This document shows positions 48,181-60,200 of a DNA stretch of 64,000 bases, in pieces. Below the pieces are notes generated by a model. The model had not been told where the DNA came from, made no database searches, and saw only the letters and a list, made by a program, of their open reading frames with translations. Numbering within the stretch: position 1 is the first letter of the stretch; each line of letters opens with the position of its first letter. A program made the position numbers and the translations under genes. The stretch is from Geosiphon pyriformis uo1. Lineage: Eukaryota > Fungi > Glomeromycota. Where the stretch lies: positions 124,844 to 188,843 of the forward strand of contig JAAOMT010000639.1 in NCBI GenBank assembly GCA_016748015.1, read 5' to 3'.

Positions 48181-48819
48181 TTAATATTGAGCTCCATTGA
48201 GATCTCCCAAATTTCCTAATCATAATTCTCTATCTTTGAGTATTTTCTGAACTTCTTTTTTGAGAATTATTTGTGTTATCCTGTTTTGTAATTCTTCAAA
48301 TTGGGCATTGGTTATTTTTCCCATTTAGTTCACTGTAATAGAGTCTATTTCTAAATTAAGTAAAATTTCTGGTCTGTTTTGGAATCCAGCATGCAATTAA
48401 TAGATGGCTTTTGCTTGTGTTGTTAAATTGTTCTTTCTCATAAATTGTTCTAGTTGTTGTAGTATTATTGTGTTAAATAATTGGTTTGTTTTATTCATGT
48501 ATAAGTTTTGAATATTCAAGTGTCGTCCCAAGTAGAAATAACAAAAGTTTCTTGGAAATTTGTGTATCCACTATTTCCACGTTTTTTTGGTCAATTCTTG
48601 ATATGTGGTGACACTTGTTGGTTTTTCTATTGCTAATTTTATTTTCAGAACCATTTTGTCAATAGTGTTTTCTGTTTTTCTTTGATTTTTGTATTTGGGT
48701 ATTTTTCTGGTATCTTGGTATTAAATGGTTTATTAATTAATAGTAATTTTCATATTCTGTTGTTGAATCAGTTGGAAGATTTGTTGTGCTAGTGAGTAGA
48801 TGTTGTCAGTAATTTCCAT
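48181..48819 (-). pseudogene. E4 ORF3 (213 codons; divergent homolog of E1/E2 ORF3)
   Basis: MEITDNIYSLAQQIFQLI...FCYFYLGRHLNIQNLY...FQNRPEILL...DLNGAQY*; TATAAATA at 48858. Confidence 0.75.
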
Positions 48820-48879
48820 TTTTCTGAAGTCTTTTGTCACATCTACTATGTATTTATATCCTCTTTTTATTGTTCAATA

Positions 48880-50256
48880 TTATGTGTTTGGTCTAATAAT
48901 TATGATTAGTTCCAGATCTTGTGGAATCTCATCTAGTTGGATTAGTATTCTCTGTACTCCTAATTGTGAAATATTATTGGTAGATGGTAATACTATATGG
49001 TAATATGGTTTCAGTTGATTACCATGTGCTGCTTTGGTTAAGATTTTGTTGTTCTATCTTAATTTATAAGCTCCATTTCCAAGAATTTCTTCTATGTAAA
49101 ATGGTCTATCTCATTTGGGGTCAAATTTTCCACTTCATTGTTTTTCTACTTTAGTATGATATAGAAGTACTTTGTCTCCAATTTTGAATTCAGCTGGTTT
49201 ATCTGGTAGTTGGTTATCATGTCTTTTTTTTTGTTTTTTTTGTGACTTTTGGATGTTATCAGCTGCTCTTTGCTATTTGTTTTCTAGTGTCTCCATCAAG
49301 TCATATGTTCTTCTTAGCAACATTTTCTGAAAATTGTCTTCAGTTATTGGTTCTGTTAGATAAGTGTTAACTTCTATCTCAACTGGTAATGTTGCTGTTC
49401 TACTGTATATTAATTTAAATAATGTTGTTTGTGTAGTGTCTTGCTTTATTGTCCAATAAGCAAATAATACTGATGGTATAAACAAATTTTATTTGTTCTG
49501 GTTTTTTTGACTGATCTTGGTGATTGCTTTACACAATATTCTGTTAAATCTTTCAACTAACCCATTTGTTTGTAGATAATATAGTGATAATAATGGTCTT
49601 TTTATCCCAAATCTTTGACTTAATTCTGTCAATGTTTTATTCACAAAGTAAGTTTCTTGATCTGATAGTAGTTTTTTTGGACATCTGTATTAATAGATTA
49701 AATCTTGATAAATGAATTTGGCAATGGATTCTGCATCTGCTCTTTGAATGGCTTTTGCTTCTGGCCATTTTGTAAGATAGTCTATGACTACTGCAATGTA
49801 TCTGTTGTCTTTGCTAGTTATTGTTAACAGTCCAACTAGATCGATTCCAATATGATTTAATGGTTGTTTTACTTTGATTGGTTTCAATAGTTTATTGGGT
49901 TTTGTTCCACCTCTTCTTTGATAAGCATCACAATTTTAAACATATTAAGTGATGTCTGGATACATTAATGGCTAATGGTATCTTTTTCTGATTCTTTTCA
50001 TGATTGCTTTTTTATGAAAATGTCCTGCTGTTGGATCTGAGTACATGTTGAATAATATTGTCTCTTTTTCTGGTTTTGTGATTACTTTGGTTGGTTAATC
50101 TAGATTTTTTTTGTTCTTTCAGTAAAGTATATTTTAATGATTAATAAAATATTTTGATTGTTGTTTTATGTTCTTTTGTTACTTTTGAGATAATTTCTTC
50201 TTGAACAGTTGGATATTTATATAATGTTGAAGTTGTTGATATTTTTGTATATTCAT
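48880..50256 (-). pseudogene. E4 integrase, separate ORF with an intact ATG (459 codons)
   Basis: MNIQKYQQL.., GIDLVG, VERFNR, FKIGDKV; same length as the E2 integrase. Confidence 0.9.
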
Positions 50257-50287
50257 CTTTTATTATATTTTTAGGGTTGAAATGTTT

Positions 50288-53200
50288 TTAAATTTGTCTC
50301 ATTTATGACAATCTATTAGCATTTCCATTTTTTTTTCCTTTTTTATAATGTACTGTGTAATTAAATAGTGAAAGTTCTATTTTCCATCTGACATAATAAT
50401 TATCTGCAAATTCTTGTTTTTAAATTAAAGTTAATTCTTTGTGATTAATGTACACATCAAACTTTTGGCTCAAGTATTCTCTCCATTTTATGACTGCTCA
50501 ATAGATAGCTAAGTGTTTTAGTGCTGGAGTTCTATAGTTCTTTTCAGCTAGACTTAAGCTTCTACTGGCATAAGCTACTGGATGTTCTCTTCTATCTGGT
50601 TTTTTTTGTGATAGTACTGCTCCCAAGGCTTGGCCTGATGTATTGGTGGTAATAATGAATGGTTTGCTGTAATCTGAATATATCAATACTGGTATTTGAA
50701 TAAGCTTTCTTCTTAGTGTGTCAAACACTTCTTGTTAAGCTTTTGTCCATTCATATTTTATATTCTTAGTTTGTAAATAATGGAGTGGCTGGACCAGTTT
50801 AGAAAAGTCTTTGATAAAGCAGCAATAGTACCCTGTGAATTCCAAGAATGTTTTTAGTTCTGTAAGATTGTTTGGTATTGGAAAGTTCTTGACAACTTCA
50901 ATCTTGTCTGGATCTGTTTTGATGCTGTTTTTGCTTACAACATGTCCCAAAAACTTAAGTTCTGTTTTTTCAAAAAAGCATTTGTTGGCATTCAACTTTA
51001 ATTCTGCTCTTCTCAACCTTTCAAACACTTGCTGAAAATGATGTAGATAGTTATCAAATGTTTTGGAAAACATATTTGTGTCATCTAAGTAGACAACTAC
51101 TAATTTCCATAGTAGTCTAGTATAAACAATTTTTATGAGCTATTGAAATGTTGCTGGCATATTTATCAATCCAAATAACATAACTTTAAATTCAAAATTT
51201 CTTTCCCGTGTGGTAAAAGCTGTTTTTTCTTTATCTTCTGACTTCATGACTACTTGTCAGTAACCGCTGTCTAAATCTAGAGTTAAGAACTATTTCTTTC
51301 CTCCAAAAGCATTGAAAAGTTCTTGGATCTTTGGAGTTGAATAGCTATCTCCTTTTGTTACTCTATTCAGTTTTTGGTAATCCACACAGAAGTGGATTTT
51401 TCCATTTTTCTTATGAACTAGTACTACTGGTGATGACTATAGGCTCATTGATGACTGAATTAATCTATTGTCAAGCATTCTATTTATTTTTTGATGAATG
51501 ATTTCATGGCTGGCTGGTAGTACTCTGTATGCTCTCTGTTTAATTGGCATTGCATCTCCAGTCTTGATTTGATGTTGAATGATGTCAGTTCTACCAAATT
51601 CATTTTTGCTGGCAAAGATGTCATTGAAATTATTGAGTAACATTTTGAGCTGTATATGTTGTAGTGGGTCTAAATTTCTTAAATTCATCTGTTTTAATTG
51701 TTCTGGTTGGAGCAGATAACATTCCTTTTATCCATAGATTGTTTGTGATGTGATATCTACATATCTACACAGTTGTAGAAAATCTGGAATGGTATTTGAC
51801 AGTTGATCTTCAATTTTAGTGGTTAAATGTCCAATGATAGTTTCTTCTGATATTTCGATGATATTTCCTGTGTTGTTGTAAATGGGAATTTTGATGTGAC
51901 TGTGGTTTTTTGCTGATATGTGTAAATTGACCAATTTAATTTCTCCTAATTCACAAAGTGTTGCTTCTGTCTCAAAAATCTGTATTTAATCTTTTACTTT
52001 TCTTTCTATAACTACTATGTACTGGTCATATGGTGGAATAGAAATTGATTAACAAGTGAAGATAATTTCTCTCTTGTTAATAACTTCTTCCTTTGTTATA
52101 TTGATTGGTATATCTATTCTACTTGTGGATCCGAATCTTTGTATCTCTTTAGCTGTAATCCCTAATTCTTCCCTGTTTCTCACTGACACTAACTGAGCTA
52201 CTTTAACCAGAGGCAGAAATATTGCCTGTGCTATCTTTTCATTTGGATTTATAATGTCTTTTCTGAGTCATTTTGTAGCATTGCAATAATATTTTCTACA
52301 TATCCTAAATCAATTATTCCTTCTCTAATGTTGATTCCTTTTTTTGCTAAACTACTCCTAGATGCTAATTAAATTATGGTTGTTGTTGGGATTTTTAGTA
52401 CTATTTTGAGATCAATGCAGATGTGTAAATGGGATTCCAATTTAATGGGATTTTTTCCTGGATATCTCAAATCAAACTCTGTATTGGTATTATGCGTGCA
52501 TTTTAGCATAATACTTTCATTATTATTACTAAACCATCTGAGTTTTTGCTTCTTGAAAAGATCAGAAAGTGTGATATATGTTTCAGAGTTTAAATCAGAG
52601 CCCGAATTGTTATTAATTTTGTCCTTATGTTAAACAGAGCTGGAACTGTTATTTTTATTATTGTCATTGTCAGAGTTTGAATTAGGATTGAAAGTTGATT
52701 CCAATTCTGATGCACAGCTGCTGATTAATTCTTCTTCTGGGATTGTGTAGATTATGCGTGGTGGTGGATTGTAAATGAGGTCACACTCATTATAATATTG
52801 AAAGTCACATGAAATCAAACAGTGATCATATAGTCAAATGTTGATTTCTTCTAAGCATTGCTTTTGCTTTTTTTTTGTAAGCACTAGTTCTTGGTAGTGC
52901 TCATAGAATTGTTTTGGGTCCAAAAAATTTATGACTGGTTTTGGGTCCCAGTTGAGTTCTATGGATTTTAGTGGGTTATTTTTGATCATCTTTATTTCTT
53001 TTGGTAATGCTCCTTCGATTTTGGCAAAAGCCATTCGCCAAATTTTGTCATCATTGTGTAGACAACCATTTAAGTTTTTGACTGCTTGTCTCCAGACAGC
53101 ATCTATGGGCATTTTTTTTCTTACCCAGTCACTTATGAGAATTGTGTATTGACACGATTTATCACATGTTTTTCCTCTCTCAGAAATGTTATTCCACATT

Positions 53201-56200
53201 CTTTTATTGAGGAGAGTTTCTCCACAAGCCAAGCATAGCTTATTATCCTATTTTTCTACTCATTTTGGTCTTCCAAAGCATTCAACAAGGCATAAGTGGC
53301 AATAGAACTTAGTTGCCATCTGGTATTTCTCATTGTCACCACAGCATGTACTCATTGATGACAATTTCTTGTCACAATCGATGCATTCTAGTTTTGGGCA
53401 ATAATAATTAGACAATTGTGGTTGCATGTAAATATATGGACGGTGAATGATGGCAGTAGTTAATATTGGTTTTTCTTCTTTTTTCTTGCCTTTTCCTTTT
53501 GTATTTTCCTCCCACTTCTAATTTATTAATTTTTTCTAGTTGTTGTCAGTTTCTCAGACTTGATCAGCATTCCAGGTAAGTTCTTCCTTTTGTTTTCCTT
53601 TTCCATTGTTGTCCCAAGAGAGTATTGGTAGTAGCTCATTGTAGTTTTTGTCAGTCCAGGACACTTGATAAGCTTCTTAGGTAGGTTTTTTTTTTCTTTC
53701 TCGAATTTAATAAGTGAGGCTGATGGTGTGGTGATGGGTTTAAAGTGTCCACACATGGCAGGTACTCACATGTGTTGACTGTTCTGGCTAAGCTGTAATT
53801 CTTGCATGTTCCAGTTAAGCATGGCATTTGTTTTAACTAACCAGTCATTATCAACTAATGCTTAGTACTGCATAGTTTCTATTACCAAAACTTTGATTGA
53901 AGTAATAATACCATTTACTTTAAAGAGAAAATTATCAATCTTGCCAATAGAAGTCTTGATTGCTCCATTAGTTATTATTATTCTGGCACTGGCAGTGTGA
54001 TCAACTCAATGACCTAATTGGTTCATGAGTTGTCGTGTGATAATGCTGTCTACTGATTCACTATTCAGAATGAGTTTGATAGCATGGCCATCTACTTTGG
54101 TGTTAGTGTATATGGTGGTGATTGGTTTTTCCTCGAGTACAGCTTCACTAAACAAAGAAGTTGCTGACAGTTCTTCAATTTCGAAGAGAAATATAGCTGT
54201 GAATGACTTGTTTTCCATAATGGTGGCTGGTGATATGTTGCTAGTAGGTGACTTGTTTTGGTGGGGTTCCCAATTGTTAGGTGAAATGTCTTCTGAAGTA
54301 ACTAGGAGACTTAAATAGTGTTGAACATTTGGGTTTTGGGTGTATCTAGTGCCCAAATTCCATTGTCAAGATTCTGATGGCTGGGTTGAGGAACTGGGAA
54401 TCAGTTAATAGACTATTATTGACAATTTCTAGCTCTGTTGTGTTAGTCTCAGTTTTTGGGTTCTGTTTTGAGATAAGTTTTGGGGCAGTGTTTGAATTGG
54501 TTGGGGTTGATAGATTGCTGAAGACTGTGGCTAATAGATAGACTAAGACTGTGGTTGATAAATTACTGGTGTTGTCAACTAATAAACTGGTGGTTAATAG
54601 AGTGGCTGTTGCATCATAGATAGGTAATTCAGTTGATATGATGCTGGGTTAGGTTGGTAATTTGGAGTTTGAAACCAGCAATTGGGATTTCAATATTGAT
54701 TTTCCGATCGTTGATTATCTATTCTTAACCTGCAGTCAATCTTCAAATGTTTTTGTTTACCACAGTAGTAACAAACACATGTCTCCTGTTGTTACTATTG
54801 ATTGGTCAAAGATGATAGATGCGACTAATTCTGGAAACAATTCACATTTCCTGAATTATTGTGTTATTGTAAAGGTTAATAAATTGTTTGATTGTTAGCT
54901 AAGTATTTTTCTAATTTTTGGTTAATAGAATTACTGAATTGTTTCAACTTAGAATCCAATTCAGATGATCTGTTCATCACTAGATTGACAGCTTAAGCAT
55001 AGTTAGCTTTGAGTTTAGCTGCTTCAAAATCTCTAGCACTTGTAATGGTAGCTTGAAGATCTACTGGATGCATTGGACATATGTATTGGAAGATACTACT
55101 GCACAGGCCTCTAATAAATTGATTTAGGATTTGTGATGTTGTGAAATAATCAGCCTGTATGGCCTGAATTTGGCACAGATTTCTGTGAAAACATCTTAAG
55201 TAAATAGTGACTGCTTCATTTTTTCCTTGCTTGATGATAGTGAAAGTGTTTGCCAATTGGTTGATGCTATTATTATTGCTGAAATATTGTAGAAATGCAA
55301 GCTTGAATGCATTGAAATCTTGGAGTTTGTTAACCAAGCTTTGGTACCATAAATTGGCAGTATTCTGGAAAAAATAGGAGATGGCTTATATGGCTCTGGT
55401 GTCATCTCAACCATTGACTGTGATGGCTTTTTTCATATTATTCAGCCATACTTGGACATTGTTCTCTTCACTAGTGAACTTTTCGAGTTTTGTTATTGGA
55501 ACATAAGCCATTTGGTTCAAGTTTAGTTGTTGTGGTGGTTGAATTTGGAGTTGTGACAGTGGTTGTTATTGTGAAGCAACTGGTGGTGGGTTGATGACAA
55601 TTACTGAAGATAAGTGTTATTGATTATTAATGTCAGAATTTCAATTGTTCTGATTTTGCTAAGTTTGAAAATTCAAAGTTTTGACTTCCAAATTCTCTAA
55701 ATTTAAATCTTGCTGAATCTGAAAGTTTAGGGTTTTAATATTTAGGTTTTTTGGAATTGGGTTCTGATAGGTAAATTCTTGATCTTTGGCTTCTTCTTTT
55801 TCTTTCTCTTCTGATTCCATTATCTCCCAAAGACTTGCATTTCCGAAATCTGGTTGAGGGGGTAGTAATCAGAATCCTGATGGCATTGGTGATTGCAATT
55901 TAAATTCTTTAAAATAATTACCATAGGTTCCTAATAATTCTGTTTTCTTTTGTTTATTTTGAAATAGGAGTCATCCAAATGTTGGTGTTGCATTTGATGT
56001 GGACATGCCTACTGATGTTATGTTAATGGCACTTTTAGGTATATAGTAATAGGATGGGTTGTTTGGTGACTCAACTTTGGTTTTCTTCTAAGTGGATGGT
56101 TATATTCTTTGGAATATTACTGCTGATGTTTGCAGTTTTTTTTTTCTTTATTGGCATAGGTAATTGGGTATCTTTGTTGAATGTGATATTCAATTTCTTT

Positions 56201-56340
56201 ATTGATTTCTGTGATGATGGATGTGAAATTGTGGTTTGTTAGTAGGCTAGTGTTTTAAATTAATTTGTTGTAAAAGGTTTTTCTTGCTGACTTGGTATTT
56301 ACTGGTGTCCCTAACAGATAGGCAATTCTCTTGTTGATGT
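50288..56340 (-). pseudogene. E4 gag, PR, Cys-rich domain, dUTPase, RT, RNase H
   Basis: ORF pieces 54993-55337, 54006-54356, 52834-53232, 51437-51688, 50735-51073 and 50498-50728 are homologous to E2/E5; ends MRQI*. Confidence 0.9.
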
Positions 56341-57227
56341 TGTTACTCATAGAATATAGGAAATATAGTATTATTAGTCAGTAGATATTAACCAATCAAA
56401 GGTAAACGTAGTAAATGTGGAATTCCAGAATTCTTTTCAGAGGAATTGCAGGATTCCAATTCTCCAATGAGGAATTGCAGAATTCCAGAATTCCAGAATT
56501 CCTCTCATCAGGAATTGCAGGATTCCAGGAATCCCAGGATTCTTGTTGCAAAAAATTGAGGAATTGAGGAATTGAGGAATCTCAATTATGTATATATAGC
56601 AGTAGGATTAAAAGCTGAAAAGACAGACCTCTCAGTTTAGATTTAATCTAAGCAACATTCCAGTTCCAATCATCAAATAAATAATTATTTCATATCTCAA
56701 CCCACTTTTTACTATCAACATGAAGTGTTGATAGTAATTGATACTTAACCATGCTGGAACAATAGCTCTTGATCATGGCTATTGACGAGATACTAATGTA
56801 CCAAATTGCCTTGGCTTATTTTCTTTATTTTCTTTACTTTTATTTTCTTTATTTTATTTTCTTTCTTTTTTTGATTTTGTTGTTGTATACTAATTGATTA
56901 AAAGATTAAGCACTGAGTTATTGATGTCAAGAATAGCCTGGTAAAAGACTCAGAAATAATGGTAAGATTTTATATATTATCAGATAGCTTACTAGAAGGG
57001 CACGACTGCCAGACTAAATCCAGCCACCATGCTGAAAAAGAAATTGAGAAAACTCTTAGAAAGATACATCTACTATTGACACTATTGAATCTCTGTTCAT
57101 TATATAAAAGACTCCATCAAAACCTTCAGATACTATACTTGCAGAACCTCATCCATGGAAGTAGCTTTTGAACACCAAATTATGGGTTTGTTATTTAATT
57201 CAACAGCAGAAATATTCACCTGTAATA
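56341..57227 (+). repeat. E5 5' LTR (887 bp) with a GGAATT(C/G)CAGGA U3 array
   Basis: TGTTACTCATA...CTGTAATA; TATATATA at 56591; PBS follows. Confidence 0.92.
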
Positions 57228-57289
57228 TTTGGTGCTCCCTGTGAAGTATAATCTTACAGAGAACCAGCACCAACAAACATTATCCAAAA

Positions 57290-60200
57290 GTGGCAGAATC
57301 AGAAAATATAGAAGCAAACCATTTAGGATTCACAAAATCCTTATTTCAACACTATTGTCAATACTTGGGATTAAACCACAATCATATATCCACCAAATCA
57401 GCCTTCAATTTCTACATCAACGAAAAGATTTCTTCTTTATTAGAAACATCAGTGAATACTGAATCAGCAAGAGAAACTTTTTATAGGGAGTTAATTCAAA
57501 ACACCAACCTACCAACAAATCATAATTTCACATCTATCATCACTGAGATCAACAAAGAAATTGAACACCATACTCAACAAAGATATCCAATTACATATGC
57601 TAGTAAAGACAAGGGAAAACTACAAATACCAGCAGTAACACCCAGAAAAATACAGCCACCTACTTGAAAGAAAAACAGAATTGAATCCTCAAGCAATCCA
57701 TCTTACCACTATACACCTGGAAGCACCATCAACATATTAGCAACAAACACATTCCCATCAACTATGACATCAGCATTTGGACAATTCCCATTCCAAAGTA
57801 GACAAAAAAAAACAGAATTATTAGAACCATATGGTGAATACTTTGAGGGATTTAATTCACAATTATCAACCCCATCAGGACTTTGATCACCACCACTTTC
57901 ACCAGATTTTAGAATCTCTGATCTGTGGGAAGCAGCAGAATCAGAAAAAGAGGAAGAAGAATCAAAAAATTAAGAATTCACTTACCAGCACCCGATCACT
58001 GAAAACCCGGAAGTTGAAACCCTGAATTTTCAAACTCAGCAAAATCTAAATCTAGAAAATTCAGAAATCAAAACTCTGAATCATTAAAAGCAGAACAATC
58101 CAAACTCCAAATTAATTAATCAGCAAAACTTACCTCCAGTAATTGTCATCAATCAACTGCCAATTAATCCCATAGCCAAACCTATACAACAGCCACTTCA
58201 AGTACCACCCCAACAACCATTACCTTTTCAACAACCACTTCAACAATCACCACAACCACCCAACTTAGATCCAATGGCCTACGCACCAATTACAAAACTT
58301 GACAACTTTACCAACGAAGAGGACAATGCTCAAGTATGGCTGAATAATATAGAAAAGGCCATCACAGCCAATGGATGGAATGATGCCCGGACAATGCAAA
58401 CTATTTCCTACTTTCTCAAGGATACCACCAATTCATGGTACTAGAGCTTGATTAATAAACCATAAGATTTTGATGCTTTCAAAGTGGAATTTCTAAGATA
58501 CTTCAGCAACAATAACAGCATCAATCGCCTAGTCAACACATTTACTATCATGAAACAAGGAGAAACTGAAGCAGTCACCACTTACCTGGGATGCTTCCAT
58601 CAAAATCTGTGCCAAATTCAAGCAATTGATGCCAACTACTTCACAGTACCACAGATCCTCAACCAGTTTATCCGTGGCCTGCACAGCAGCATCTTGCAAC
58701 ATGCACATCCATTACATCCAGGCATCTTTTAAGACACAGTCACATGCACTAGAGATTTTGAATCCGCTGAGTCAGAGGCTAATCATGTCCAAGCCATTAA
58801 TCTAGTAATGAATGGATCATCTGAATTGGATTCCAAATTGGAGAAGTTCAGTGAATCAATTAATAAGAAACTGGAAGGATACTTAGCTGACAATTATCCC
58901 ATTTATTAGTCTTCACAATGATGCAATAATCAAGGAAACTCTAATTATGCCCAAAATCAACCATGTCCATCTTAATTGACCAATCAACAGTGGCAACAGA
59001 AAATGTGTATCTGCCACTATTGTGGTAAACAAAGACATATCCAAATTGACTTTTGCCAGCATTTAAATAACCAATGATCAGGAAACCAATATTGAAACTC
59101 TGATCGCCGGTTCCAAACTTCAAATCAGTATCCAAATCAAAACCAACCCGCTTACCTACCAGTGACGCAGTCATCAGTCTATTAATCTCTGGTGTATCAA
59201 GCTCCAATCTATCAACCACAGCCACAAGTAATTTATCAACAACTGCAGCCACAAATAATCTATTAGCCCCAACAAATCCAAACACCACCCCAAAGCTTAC
59301 CACCCAATGAAACCCAAAGACTGAGAATGACTCAACAGAGCTGGAGATCAGTAATAGTAGTCCATCAACCAATCCCCAGTTCTTCACAGCAACCATCTGG
59401 ATTATGCCAGCAGAATTCAGGTGCCGGTCAACCCCAAAACCCAAATTCTCAGAACTATTTAAGTCTCCTGGTCACCTCAGAAGACATCTCAACTAATAAC
59501 CTGGCATTCGCCCAAAAACAACCACTCACCAGTAATATCACATCTGCTACCATCACCAAAAATGAGTCTTTGGCTGCTATATTCCCATTCAAATTTGAGG
59601 AAACAACTGCAATGCCATTATTTAATGGAGTCACTCTTGAAGCCAAACCAATCACTGCGATGTATATTGATGCCAAAGTCGAGGGACAATCTATCAAATT
59701 GATCTTTAACAGTAGTTCAGCAGGCAGCATCATCACACGACAACTCATAGATCAATTAGATCACCAAGTTGATTGAGCTGCCAGTGCCAGAATCATTACA
59801 GCCAATGGAGCAACCAAAACTCCAATCGGCAAAATCAACAACTTCCCTTTCGAAGTCAATGGCATTGTAACTCTCATTAAAGTTCTAATTATGGAAGCCA
59901 CTCAATACCAAGCTCTCGTTGGTAATGACTGGCTATCTAAAGTCAATGCAATGTTAGACTGGAACACCCAGGAACTCCAGCTAACATATCAGGGCCAACA
60001 CATATGTGTACCAGCCACGTATGGCCATTTCAAGACTCCTTCAAGAGAGAAACTATTAATCAAACTGGAGGAAGAGAAAGAGAAACCTACCTGAGAAGCT
60101 TACCAAGTCTCCTGGGCCAACACTGACCACAACAAACTATTACCAATACTCTTGTGGAACGACAACCCTAAGGGAAAGCAAAAAGAGGAACTGACCTAGG

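Larger units (their letters stand above)
47331..56340 (-). mobile_element. Ty3/gypsy element E4 (family A, dUTPase-bearing); gag interrupted by E5; 5' LTR lies outside the window
   Basis: 3' LTR 47331-48167, PPT 48168-48182, then ORF3, IN, RH, RT (YLDD near 51085), dUTPase, PR and gag, colinear with E2; left flank CTAG. Confidence 0.93.
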
